Assembly: GCA_002189035.1 (NCBI GenBank)
Contig: NEEC01000004.1
Span: 4,340,001 to 4,404,000, forward strand
Length of the DNA stretch: 64,000 nucleotides
Direction: 5' to 3'
Source: Utricularia gibba
Lineage: Eukaryota > Plantae > Magnoliophyta
Of this stretch, positions 14,994 to 27,653 are shown piece by piece (within the stretch, counting starts at the first letter, position 1; every line of letters begins with the position of its first letter). The position numbers were made by a program, and so were the translations under genes. The notes beneath the pieces are model-generated. The model had not been told where the DNA came from. It ran no database searches and was given only the letters and a program-made list of their open reading frames with translations.

Positions 14994-15561
14994 AGTGCAG
15001 CCTCTGCCAGCTTGCTTCCTCAATGAACAGAAGCTAGAATTTTGATCAGCCACGTTGGCATTGGAATCAGTAGAGAAGCTGTGTGTCTCAGTTCAAAGTT
15101 TCAGGCCCCTTCATGATGTTTATTTGAGATTGAACTCGTGGCAGTGATATGCCGAGCCTGCCATTTATTTAGATTACTTCTGATGCTTGTAATAACAGAA
15201 ACACAGGATGCGATACATCTCTAGCTTCTTATTGGGATTCAGTTGTCTATTGGTCAAGTTTCCTCTTTTTATTTTACCTTTCCGGGTTACAATCAAAACT
15301 TTGTGATACCCTTTCCATGTTTGCGCCATCGTCCAAAAATAATAATATGAATACTAAATTAAAAAAACACTAAAGATTGAATTTTGTAAATAAAAACATT
15401 AAAATTGTAACTAAATGTGATAACATTTAACATTATGAAAGGTGGAGAACTTTTGGTATTTGTCCCTTGATGAGGAAGCTTAAACCTGGATCTGCATAGG
15501 CAAAGCAGATGGTATGAAAATGGAAATCAGGAAGCAACTTATTGGAGGTCTGGAACTGACC

Positions 15562-16974
15562 TTAAAGGGCCATCTCCCTCTGCAGTTCAGCAAGCTCGTC
15601 CTCATCCTCATCTACACGTTCTTTCTTCGGTGGTGGTCGAACAGGAGCAGTAGGAACTCTAGGTGCAGGTTGCAGAAGCTGTTCCTCCAGTTCGGCCCCT
15701 TCCAGCTCTTCTAATTCTGCCTCCAATTCATCCTGTTGGAATATATATATATGATATCATGTCCTGTGGAAGCACAAGGATGAAGAAGAAGATAGGAAAC
15801 AATAAACAGCCTACCTCGTCAAAATCAGCTGCGGCACCTAATGGTGCCGCCAGTGCTTCAGTAATTTGTTTCATGTTTTCGGTCTGCTCATTGATCTCAT
15901 CCATTGTCTTGTCGACATCATCGATATTGCTACAAAAGGGGTTATAGGTGAAGAATAAGAAGGGCTTAATCTATGTCTGCAGTAGATAGCTGACAACAAA
16001 TCCAGTTTATTGACTTGGCAAAGGCTAAACTACTGCTAACCATTTGACATTATGCAAATACAACTGGAGTTCATAAGAAAAACTTACGTTGCCTTCTGCA
16101 TAGCTTTCATTGTAGATGCTGCAGTTCTCAAAGCGTCCACAGTTTCTGTGGTAGCTTTTGCCCCCTCCAACATAATCATCTATTAAACAAAATTAAGCAC
16201 GAGTTAAGTGAAAATCCTGCTGAAAAGTACAGAAGATAATACTGCAGGGAAAAAGAAATGAACGGATGCTAAAAACTTAAGGGAGCACCTGATCATGAAT
16301 GCGTAGCTGGAAGTTTCCCAGGTGTTCAATTTGTTGCTCGTAGAGCTTTTTCCTCTTCAAACATCTTATTGCAGCTAGATACAAATACATGACTCATTAT
16401 TAATACAGCAAGTGAATCAGAAGCTCGGTGACAACTCAAGATTCCACACCATAAATTTGCAGCCAATGAGTGTTAAAAGAATTAATTCCTGAATTCTAGA
16501 AGCAACTACCAACAGATGGACAGAGTTAGTAATTCCTAAACAGAGAGCTTGCTCTGGGTTAATAGCCTCTTCCATAAGAACATGGTTCCAGAATTCATCA
16601 TACCAGTTTTATTTTTAGCTCTAGTGAACTCCTTGGCCCTTTCAACTTCGTCAGCAACCTTTTTCATAAGAACTTTCTCTTTTTTCTCTAGCATCTCAAG
16701 AGTCTACGAACCATTCAAAAACTAGAATTTCAGCATTTACACGAAATAGCAATGATAACACTGTGAAAAAAGTCCCATGACTGATCTTTTGGCATGAAAT
16801 AAATGAAACCATAAACATGGAATACCAAAATCAAGCACTTGCATACTATCCTCGGATTAAAAGAAGCAAAAAAAAAAAAAAAGTACCAATCAAGAAGCAG
16901 ACCTCGTTTAATTTGTCGAGCGTTGCGAGAGCATTTGTCTCCTGCTTCGGCTTTCCAAACAACCTGTTCAACAT
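15562..16974 (-). CDS. VPS32: ESCRT-III subunit VPS32/SNF7, 6 exons
   Basis: Exons 16974-16903, 16703-16604, 16374-16289, 16179-16088, 15929-15815, 15732-15562. MLNRLFGKPKQETNALATLDKLNETLEMLEKKE, GNFQLRIHDQMIMLEGAKATTETVDALR, FDEDELEAELEELEGAELEEQLL, ends ELQREMAL*. Confidence 0.96.
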
Positions 16975-17533
16975 CGCTTCCCACTTTCCTTCCGGCAATT
17001 ACCAAAAGGATAAAGCGAAAAATCGCCTCCTGCAATCCCACCAGCAATTCAGTCGCGTAGATCAAAACATATACTAACGACTCAATCAAAAAACCCACGA
17101 ACAGGGAAATTCTCCTGATCTTCTTCGCTAAGTCTGTCTTCCACCAAAGCGTGTGGTCGTGTCCTTGCTGCGAAAGTTTTTCATTTTGATTTATGTAGCA
17201 AACGAATACCCTTGATCCAATAAAACGAATCGGACCCAATGCCGACCCGGTGAAAGAGACGGGTTTTCCCTTTCCACCCAGGTGCAACTTCCACCCATAA
17301 CACAAAAATAATATAGGGACTTATTTGCAACACCAAACAACGCAAATTCATTTCTAACTTTTTGTCAAGATTTCAGTCATCTTTTTATTTTCGTCGAAGG
17401 CGTAGGCAAGTTCCCAAACTTTCCATGTGTGTTACAGTAACTATCACTGTCATGGTCTGTGAGTTTATCTATCTAACCAGCATGCACGGACGGAATCAGC
17501 CTGTGCGTCACCTGCTCGAAGGGTGAATGCAAT

Positions 17534-19636
17534 CTACTTCATATACCTTTTAAAAATGGCTTCCGCTCTTCTCACTTCATCCACGGGACCGACTATGAAC
17601 ACCTGAAAACACAACCGCACCGACGAGTCGAGCGTAAAACGAACAGTTGCAATGAGGACGAGAGAACATTGGACAGGTCAATAGACTGGCTAAAACCTTA
17701 TCAATAGGACGTCTAGGACGTCCGACAATGATGTCAGCGCTGCAAATGAAGGGTGGGAATCACAAATAAGAGACATGCATGAATCGAAAGAGACGTAGAG
17801 CAGAAGCCTTAGTGGCTCGTTTTACCGGCATGCCCGCCTTGCGTACATCAAACTGCATCCAATCACACATTTAACCTTTTCCCGAGGCACATGAACAACT
17901 GAGAGGATTTCTTCCGCCGGAGGGGGGTCCTCGGAGGACAAACTGGCTGAAGTGATGAAACAACCATAATCAGCAGGAAAATGCATTCGAGTATTACGTG
18001 CAAACCATCATCATTCTGCATCAGTATCAAAATGGGACACACGGGATGGATAATCGTGGCAAGACATTAACTATTGAATAGGCGTAATATCAAGATACTA
18101 AAAAAAAGGCCTTTTAGAATACCGGGAGGTTGAGGTAGAGGAGGCCAATCTGCGCAGTTATTGTCAGCCATGCAGTAGCAGCGGCAATACAGAGCACCAC
18201 GTAAAGCAAGGTACCACAATGACTTCTCAGTTAGATTCATAGCTATCTTGTGGTAGATGAAGAGAAGAAATCGAACATCATTTGCAGCTGTCTTGATCGC
18301 CAGTTCAGTTAAAGGTCTACGATCCCAAAACATCCGGTCCTGCAAAGCGATGAAAGTTCATTGCCGTCTCTCATGTTCGGTGACGAATCAAGTTCTCATC
18401 CAATGATATCATGTTTATGTTTTTTACAATGTCACTTGTTGGAATTCCACCATCATTTTGGCACAAGTACCAACTCCTAAGAGCTAACCTTGCCCTTGGT
18501 GTAGCGAACATGTCCCTTCCCATCAAAAACAATGCCTATGAGAAGCCATCCAAACAAAAATCTAGTTATATAGGGAATCACTGAAAAGTAAGTGAGAATA
18601 GTCAATGAATCATACATTGCATGTGCCTTGATGCTGCAATGCAAATTCAATTGCCTGAAAAGGAAACATTCTAACCCTCAAAGAGCGGATCATGAAGCAG
18701 ATCAACAAATGATGCGAACTGGGAAGAAGTTCGTTCGTGGCCGTCTTGCTCCTTAAACAGTGAATATCCGATCTGCTCGAAAATATTGGAAGTGGAATAG
18801 CATAGAAAAACATCAGGATAACAAGATAACTTTCCTAGAAACTTAGGGAAAATTCAAACCTGTGTGTCCGCAACATTATTCAACTTGATGCCAAACTGAT
18901 CGTATAAAGCCTGCAAGACACACGAATGAATGACCCTACAGCTAGAATCAGTTTCACACATATGCAGATTGTTCAAGAGCACCCGCGAGATACCTCGCTA
19001 TCGCGTCTGCAGTCATGAATAACTTTTGTGATGAAATCGGACTCGAGTGCAGGTTTACAGGCCAGAACAACCGCTTCTCCGCCTTCTTGGGCATCAACGA
19101 TGTATATCCTATCTTGAAAAGCAAACTGCTCCAAACGCCGATAATCGAAACTCAGCAATAACTAAAAACTCCGCATATCTCAAGAACTGAAAAGAACTTC
19201 TCAAATGATCAAGAATGTCGTTCAAGATTTACAAGCACGCGCATGAACAAAGCATACCATAATCAAGTAAACAACAAAAGACGCTAACCTGGAGAATAAT
19301 GATAGGTTCTCGCCGGGAAATAAAAGATACTTCACAATCGAAGCCGATGAGGAGTCGCTTTTCCGGCGAAGGATTCAAGAACTCCTCAGGGAGTTGAGAT
19401 GCATTAGTTACAACAATAATAGGAATACCTTCCTCGGTTTCCAAGCGATTATCACCTGAAGAAAAAAAAAGAAAAACACGATAGTAGCAGACTCTTGATC
19501 GAATAAAGAACTTTCAAGAACATATTCAAATCGAAAATCGATTCTGATAGAATGCAAGCGGACGAAAATGAAGAATGGAAGTACCTGCAGCGAGTCGCGA
19601 AGAAGCGTTTTCCTGATCACAGCAAGAGCACGCCAT
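17534..19636 (-). CDS. DEDD-type 3'-5' exonuclease with C-terminal KH domain (EXD1-like plant family), divergent, 10 exons
   Basis: Exons 19636-19585, 19455-19289, 19125-18994, 18910-18860, 18772-18676, 18535-18489, 18339-18123, 17946-17826, 17739-17697, 17602-17534 join in frame. ExoI IGFDCE, ExoII KVIHDCRRDSEALY, ExoIII AANDVRFL, ALRGALYCRC; KH EEILSVVHVP...VFIVGPVDEVRRAEAI. Confidence 0.88.
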
Positions 19637-20700
19637 CTCATCTCAGTTACTGCGCTTTCTGTCAGATTCTCAAATTCCAAATGATGAATGAATTCGAACT
19701 GCATTTATGAAATGCGAGGCGCGTGAACTGTTCGCAAGTACGTTGCGCGAAATAAAAAAGTGGGCCCATATTTCCAATCCTGGCCCGAAATCCAAAAACA
19801 AACAGCGCGGCCCGATAAGATTTTAAATAAAAATAATATTTTATTTTAACAAAACACAGCTCGCCAATATCGGACGACAGATCATAGAAAGCGGTGCTGG
19901 CGTGCCTGTTATTCTCTGTCGGAGACATATCACTCCGGGCAGTAACCGATTCAAATCTTGTTATCGCGACCTCAGGAATTTGAAGTGGTTGGTGAATTCG
20001 TGTCTTTTTCCCTTTTGAATGGAAATTAGTTGGATGGTGATACGTTTTCAGATGATTTTTCTGCTGTGAGTTCGATTTTTTTATGGTTTCGAAGGAGTTT
20101 CCCATCACAGAATGCCAAAATCTTGGAAATCTGTACGAAGAAAAGGGATATATTATAGAACGCTTGTTATATGGAATGAAATGGTAGTGCATGCAGACCT
20201 TAACTGAGGATTAACATTTTCATCTTGCTATTGAAGCTTTGGGATTTGGAGTCCTTGCTGAAGTTCTTGACTTCTTTTCATTGAAGAGTGTTAGAAATCT
20301 TACTGCTTAAGGCCTTGAAACTAAACGTTGATTAGGCTAGCTAAACAAAAAGGAGTTTTGCTACTAATTCAATAACTATTAAATAAAGAAGATAACTTGG
20401 TGTTAATTATTAGTGTTTAATCTAGATACATGTGGCAATTAGAAAAAGAATATAAAATTAGTCTACACAAGTTATATTAAATTTACAAAGCCGGTGTAGT
20501 TTGCATATTGATTTGCCATAGGTTGAGGATGGTTTAATGTTATTCTCATTTGGTATGATTGGTTGAACTGCATTTGAATGTATTTGTGTATTGCATTTTG
20601 AAAGAGTTGCCTGCATGTGTTGCCCTCTTTCATCGGAAATGTCTTCTGAATCCCTAATCACTGCGATCTCCAGCGTTCTTCTACTCTGAGTACGACCAAG

Positions 20701-21726
20701 ATGTCCGGCTTGCCATATTACATTGCTTCTTGCCTGCATTCTGGGAAACTTGCAATGCTGGCAATTCTTGTATCAGGAGGAATTGTATTGCAAATATTGG
20801 TACCTTAATATAATTTAGGCAATTCTTGACTATATTATTGTTCTTATTTGGTGTCATTTCTAATCCCTCTTCCCGTACATTTTTTTCTGAACATTGAGGC
20901 GTGCGCTTTGTACAACAATTGGTGGCCTATGCTATCAGGTAGGTGCTGCAGTAGTTGATACTATTCGAAATACGGTTTTCTGTTCCATGGGTATTTAAAT
21001 CATTACTTTGAGTTCAATCTTGATTTCTAAGGGGAGCATTGGCTCTGCGATGTTCTGACATGATATAATGGTCATCTCTTAAATGGAAAATATCTTCAAT
21101 TTTTAAATGCACTTAAACCAAACCTCCATGGAGGGTCAATGATGTTGTTTTATACTGTTATGTGTAACTGTTTTTTCAGTTTTCGAGTTGTACTTGTTAT
21201 ACAGGGCTTCATATTTCCCATCTTAGTCGTAGTACGCTAGATGTTTTATGCCACCTGACTCGCATCCAGACACCTTATCTTAATTGTCAACCTGAGATAC
21301 ATGAGCCGTGCTATGTTTGTTCTTTATTCTAAAATTTCTCTTTGATCTTTTCCAGTGTCCATGTACGTTATTCTACCAATGCCTTTGCTGTTCTTTGCTG
21401 GAGCTGATGCCTCATCTCTCTATTCTGAGTCAAGCAGTGGGTAAGATGGTTCTCCTAACCTCATACCCCTCTATTTGGTCAGGGGCTATGGACAAGTGCT
21501 TTTTCATTCTCCTATTTTGTGATATTGCAGTTGGGAAGACGCAACGAAGTTTTTAACAGGTGCTTCAGCTGTTGGTAGTCTCGCTATCCCTGTTATTCTG
21601 AAGCATGCTAATGTAATAACTTGGGGAGCTCTAGCAATGGCCCTCTCATCATATATGGTGTTCGTAATGGCCATTCTCTGTTGTCTGGCGATGAATCAGG
21701 ATCATGGCTACAGCAGTATCTTTTGA
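20701..21726 (+). CDS. VPS55: Vacuolar protein sorting 55 (OB-RGRP/Vps55 family), 4 exons
   Basis: Exons 20701-20799, 20899-20938, 21356-21440, 21531-21726. GKLAMLAILVSGGIVLQILACALYNNWWPML, WEDATKFLTGASAVGSLAIPVILKHA. Confidence 0.92.
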
Positions 21727-22081
21727 TATACACCACTTGTATGTAAATTCGTCACTATTTCATACCTTCTACGAAAAATTCGTCCTCTCGCAGAATTCAG
21801 TTGATTGGACTGGAGAAAGAGAAATTATATAGCATGTTCAACATGCATCAACCAATCTACGAAAAATTCCACTGTATCTACATTTTCACACATTCCTAAG
21901 CAACCAATCATCTTGTACAGCCAGTGTAATTTCGTGTGTGTATTTTGTATGCATATAAAATCACACGTGCAATCGCCACTCCACTCCAATAACGGACGTT
22001 TATCAAAAAACACAGATACATGCTGCTCTTCAGGGCAAAAGTTAATCAAGCAATGTGAACCTGCAAGTCTCCCAGCAAAGC

Positions 22082-24234
22082 TCAAAGGTGTTCTAGCACG
22101 GAGAGAATTTTGGGAGGGTGCCGTCTGAATAGCGGCTCGAGACGCGAATTCGACACATTGGAGCGCCACCTATCGATATCATACATCTCATTCCATGCTT
22201 GCACAATCTCATCAACTTTGAATCCTAAGACATCAGCAAATTATTCTACTTAGAAAGAAGAACATGCCAAAAAGAACCAAATGTGGAGATGAGAGTTACC
22301 TCCTAAGGCTGTTTCATTTGAGCAGTGATTCTTGATCATGACTGCAATATCGGTTTGAGAAGCACCTGCAAGCTGAAACTTTTCAACTGCAACCTCTAAA
22401 CATTCTTGCCATGTTGGTAGGCTCAGTTTATATTCCACAACAGAGCGCTCGTAGAGTAGAGTACCCCACAACATGTAAATTTGGGATCTTGTGTTTGTTG
22501 CCTGCTGGGAAGCATCTTCACCTGGAATATGAATAAGCCCATCTAATCCAAATTTGACCAGGCCCTCTTTATCTTTTTCGAGTTTAGAGAGTCCGTTAAG
22601 CCGCTGCTCTTCCAACTCTTCCCACAATTCCATCCCTCTCTCGATGCTATCCTCAGCCTTGTTATAGAGCTCAAGTACTTCACTTGACTGCTGTATATCA
22701 ATGTTGTTACCCCTTCCTCCAGAAATGTGATACCACAAAAGCTTTGCTTGCTCAAATTGCAGCAGACCAAGTGCAAGAAGCCCTTCTGGAAAATCTGCTT
22801 TTAGTTTTAGTGCCTCCTCGTACCTCTTACCTGCCTTTGCGTACTCTTTCTGAGCCCAATCATAAGCAGCTGAAACTGAAGCTGGTGTGACTTCAGTAGA
22901 ACCATCATCACTAGAGGGGACTCTCTTTCTTGCCTTAGACAAGTGGACATTTCCCCAGTTAAACAAGGCTAAAGCAGTCATCTCTTGGAACTTGGACATT
23001 GCAATATCAAACAATTCTTGGGCATCTTCACCTGTAACAGTATCCTCCATGGCTTCAGAGTATAATTTCATTCCAATATCATGAAGATCCAAGTACGAAT
23101 CACATTCAAATCCGACATGATTCTTGAACATCCAGGCAAAATGAATGATCCAATCCTCCACACAAGAATCCCCAACGCAGTGTTTGCAACACTGGAATTC
23201 CTTGATGGTTTGAAATTTCCCGAAAGTCGTTCATCTGTGTCATTTCCTTCATATAGTGGTTCCTTATCAAGACTCACTTCAGCAATATATAGACGCAAAG
23301 GTGTTTCACTGTTATTCAATGCCTCGGCTATTCTTAGCTCATCTGTATTAGTTATGGTTACTAGATCACCTTCTTGATCCTTATACTTGATGAGCACACC
23401 CTTCAAATTAGGGAATCTGTCAGCAACAACATCCCTCACAAGGCGAACACTACAATTTACAGGCAACTGTGCCGAACGAATGTCCTCTCCATGAACCAAT
23501 TTCACTGCTCTGATGACTATATTTTCTTCGTTCACGCTTCTTTTCTCTTCCACAACAACCTTATCCTCAAGAACCTTTTTTTCTTCATCACTGTGCTTCT
23601 CCTCCTCTGTTTCCTTAATACAGGCTAACTCTTCCTTAGCACTCCTCTTTTTCCTTGACTTTTCTTTTGCAACCTCTACGGATAGATCAAGGAAAACACC
23701 AGGAGTGGAGGCTAATATTTCTTCACCTTTAAACTGGACACCATTTTCCTCATCTGACTTTCTTAATCTGTCCGCAAGTTCTAAGGCATTTGAATTGTTT
23801 GGCTCCATCCCTAAAACAGTATTCACGTCCTTGATGGAAAGATCAAACCTGCCCAGAGCCTCATAACACCTTGCCCTTCTCAACAATGCCTTACTATACT
23901 TGGGCGCTACTTCAAGTGCCAAATTGCATTCCTTGATTGCTCTAGGGAACTCACCAATACCCATTTGCATGTAACATGAAGCAGTGTTATTATGCAAATA
24001 AGCAACACCAATGTAGTTTGCAGGCAGCAATTTGATTGCTTTCTCATACTTGAGAATAGCCTCTTGAAAATCTCGTTTCTGGAACATTTTGTTTCCCTCT
24101 TCCTTCAATTCTTTAGACATGTCAATGAAAACAGCCGTGTCATCGTCAAATGACACACTCCTCTCCAAACTCTTGCTCTGTTTTGGCTTCCCGTGTGCTA
24201 ACTGATTTTTCTTCTTGGCAGTTGGCCTCCCCAT
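22082..24234 (-). CDS. PHOX1: TPR-PB1-TPR protein of the PHOX/CLMP1 family, 2 exons; apparent 1-nt deletion at 23170-23173
   Basis: Exons 24234-22300 and 22224-22082. [14 protein letters not shown] (TPR), PB1 [50 protein letters not shown]. The two provided ORFs join as LGDSCVEDW with one extra G. Confidence 0.92.
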
Positions 24235-26340
24235 GTTATCACCTTAAGACTTCTTTCTAAAACCTCCCTGCCAAAAAGTAAAAACCCCATCTTCAAAAAC
24301 GTACTGAACACACGAAATTCGCAAAGCAAAAAAAAACAAGCCCAAGGAAAGAAATGCTGGACGCTGCATTCATCAAACTCATTACTTTACAACAAGTTAG
24401 CAAAACCCATACCCAAACTCAGTGCTTTACCGGGGAAAATAAAAAATTTAGAAAAACCCATACGCAAACTCATTGCTTTGCTGGGGAAAAAGATACTCGA
24501 CGTTGCATTCCCCTATTTCCGGGCTTCATAGCTGAAAACCCCTGAAAGAAAACTCCGAAACCCAATAATTTACTCCACACACTTACCACCTCTAAGAAGA
24601 AAATGCTTCGTTAGCGTAGCAACTCGAAGGAAGCACGCCGTGCAGCGGCGGCGGAGCTCGAAGTCCCTTGAAGAATTAGGGTCCTTTGGAGGGCCAGCGT
24701 AGTTACCCTGATTCTCGGTCACGCAAAATGGAAAATATGGACCACTAACGATAATTGAACGCCGTCCATAACATTTGGAATACAGGAAATGAATTATCGC
24801 ATCATTACTCCTCTTGCGGAGGTGGATGAACACAGACACGTGTGAAGCGTAAAGGAAGAATATTCTTTTTCCGGTAGTTGCCGACGCGGTTTCTTCAGGC
24901 CGACGGTTTCCTTCGCTCCACCGCTGGTCATAGTTTACACATCTTCGTCTTCAGTCGGTCTTAACAAATGTCCACAATGCGATTGTTCTTGTTATTTATT
25001 TCTATTTTTCCCATTTATTAACCATAAATATAGCTACTACTATTTAAAATAAATAATGAATATTGCTTCTAAATTGTGCCAGTAGCCACTCATCATCCTT
25101 CCTAAGTGACTTTGTACATCGAATTTGATTCTGATATCAAATGTTAATAACTATGTTCTCATTATATAATAATATACATTTTATACGTTCAATACATATA
25201 GTTTTACGTTATCTTCTTTTGAGAAAAAAATAAAATAAAATTAGAACCCCTTTACCTTACATAAAAAAGAAACCCCTTTACATTACATAAAAAAGGCCTG
25301 AATCATTCACCATTATTCAGAAGTGGGGAGTAGCCATTTAATGCTCATTATTTTGTCACTTTATTTCGAATTTTTTACATCATTTAAAATAAATAAGCAA
25401 TGCAATTAATTTAATGATTATTTAAATTATTTCTATAGATATCATTAGTATGTATTTATAACTAAAAGAAAAGAAAAAGAGTAAAATTCAATATTTATAT
25501 AATTATTTTATAATAAACGTCTACTTTCCTAATTAAAAATATATTTGCAACCATAAAAAAAGAAAATCATCTCTAATTTTGGTGTGTCATTTATCAATCA
25601 ATTATTTTTTATTTCATATATTAAAAAATTAATAATAAAAATTATTTTTTTAACATACATGTCCAATTTTGTAAATAGTCTATGCTAATCGGGATTCCCA
25701 TCCACGTGTGAGGTGAAGCATCCTCATCATCATGGATTCCAATTAATTGTAGACTGCATATTTGATTTGGTATTAATAAATTTTAAAATAATATTAAAAT
25801 TTAAATATGAGAAAAGGAAATTCAAACATTTTTAGTTGTTTTAAAATTAGAAGTCAATATTACAACAATTACAATATTCTAAATTTGTACATAGTTGGAG
25901 ATTCTATTTTGCACCCTACTTTTGGTTAGTGTGTGTCATAAGGTAAATTACCTTTTTATATAAAATTGCAATTATATTAATGAAACCATTTTATTTTGAT
26001 ATGAAATTCGGAAAGGCTGGAACGCCTCTTGTCACTTGTCGTTTACCGATTCTCCACCGTTGGATGAAACCGATTTTCTTGTTTTTCAGGGGGGCCGTTG
26101 GATCGAATCGGAACCACATTTTCGCGATAGAGACTAGATCTGTAGACCCGCCCATAGGTTCCGTTCTTATCCACATTTCCATTTTTACCCCTGTCCGGTT
26201 CTCTCATTCTCGGTACGTGCCATCACCGCTACGCCTATAAGAAAACCCTTGTACACCGGCTACGTTTGCCAAAGTGGAAAGCCTCAGGGCCCTTTCCGGA
26301 ATTTTCTGATCTTTCTTTTTGTACTTTTTTGTTTTCCCAG

Positions 26341-26988
26341 ATGTCTGCGTATTCACGAAGAAGAATCGGCGGCCCCATCGCGTTTCAAAGCTCCGGTCCG
26401 TTCAACAAATCGCCGGCGGCGTCGCCGTTTAAGGCGTCGTCCTCGTCGTTCGCGTCGTCTTCCAGTTGTTATTCGTCGTCTTCTGCTGCTGGTTACTTTA
26501 GTCAACCCCGTTCGATTTCTCCGCCGCGCGTCAACGTCCACGCGCTCTCTCCGCCCTCGCCAACGCCTTCCGTTCGCTTCTCGATCGACCGATCTACGTC
26601 TCCTGGTCGGACGTTTGCCGCGCCGCCACCATCTAGGAGTCAGGTAGTTCAGCGACCTGGCGCAACCATCCAGAAGAGGACCTGTTTGTGTTCCCCTACC
26701 ACACATCCCGGATCCTTCCGGTGCTCTCTGCATAAAAACAGATACGGCGGCGGCGGCAGCGGCAGCGGCGGGAATCAGTCGCTGCCTTACTCTCCCAACA
26801 GGTTGAACATGAGGAGATCCGCGATGACGAATTCTCTGGTGCGTATCGGAACCGTGGAAGGAGATCTGGTAAAACGCGCCCTAGCCGCATTGATCCGTCC
26901 GTCCTCGCACCAGCAGCGCCGCCGCGTCGATTTCCAGCCCCGTCCTAGTCGCCTTTCAATCATGTCTAAGGCCGATGACAACCGTTGA
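26341..26988 (+). CDS. Plant serine-rich protein (CxCSPTxHPGSFRC family), intronless, 215 aa
   Basis: ATG 26341; KRTCLCSPTTHPGSFRCSLHK, RLNMRRSAMTNSLVRIGTVEGDLVKRALAALIRPSSHQQRRR, FQPRPSRLSIMS. Confidence 0.88.
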   Translation: MSAYSRRRIGGPIAFQSSGPFNKSPAASPFKASSSSFASSSSCYSSSSAAGYFSQPRSISPPRVNVHALSPPSPTPSVRFSIDRSTSPGRTFAAPPPSRSQVVQRPGATIQKRTCLCSPTTHPGSFRCSLHKNRYGGGGSGSGGNQSLPYSPNRLNMRRSAMTNSLVRIGTVEGDLVKRALAALIRPSSHQQRRRVDFQPRPSRLSIMSKADDNR

Positions 26989-27653
26989 CGACTCGCTGCC
27001 GCAGGTTTGGATTCTTTCAATTTTGGCCAGTTTCGCGTTCATCCAAGATGAGAGCGAGGAACTCAGAAACGGCAGCGACACAGGGACACGGCCAGACGGA
27101 TAAAGTTTGTCTCAAGTGTGTTGTGTACACGCTGAATGGATATTGATCTGAAGGACAAATGAAAACGAAAAACAATTCACTCCCCTAACGAACCCAAGAA
27201 AAAGCAATCGTTAATCCGGCAGTTCGATTTGGGATTCGTTGGATCCGGAAGCTGATTCCGTTCACGTCTCCTCCGTCCGTTGAATCGGCGCCGTTGTGTA
27301 AGTAGATTCTTCTTTTTTTATTTTTATTTTTGTTTCACTGGTTTGCCTTCAAGATATGTGCAGGGGGTGACCCGTTGGAATTGGAGGGCAGAGTAAAGTG
27401 CGCCGATATTTTGAACCCAAGCCTGAAGTTGTGGCGGAGAATTCACTGGACACATGGACCCTAGGTAACATAATTGAGGCAAAATATTAAATTTAAATAA
27501 ATAAAGGGATTTTTTTAATTTGATAGAAACTGTGGGTGGAAAGCTAGGGCTTTTCCCAGACCCTATTGATTAAGCTCATTAGGGAGGAGATGGGGTTGAT
27601 GATTAATGAGTAAAGCTATGATGAAGCCTGGTTGATTGTGCTGATGACGGGGT

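Noticed and set aside
10676-21726. GOS11, VPS32 and VPS55 as a trafficking gene cluster
   Set aside because: They are interleaved with unrelated genes and act at different steps; chance adjacency is plausible at this gene density.
27187-27240. Hairpin AACGAACCCAA / TTGGGATTCGTT in the serine-rich gene 3' region
   Set aside because: A stem of about 11 bp with a bulge is too short for a miRNA precursor.
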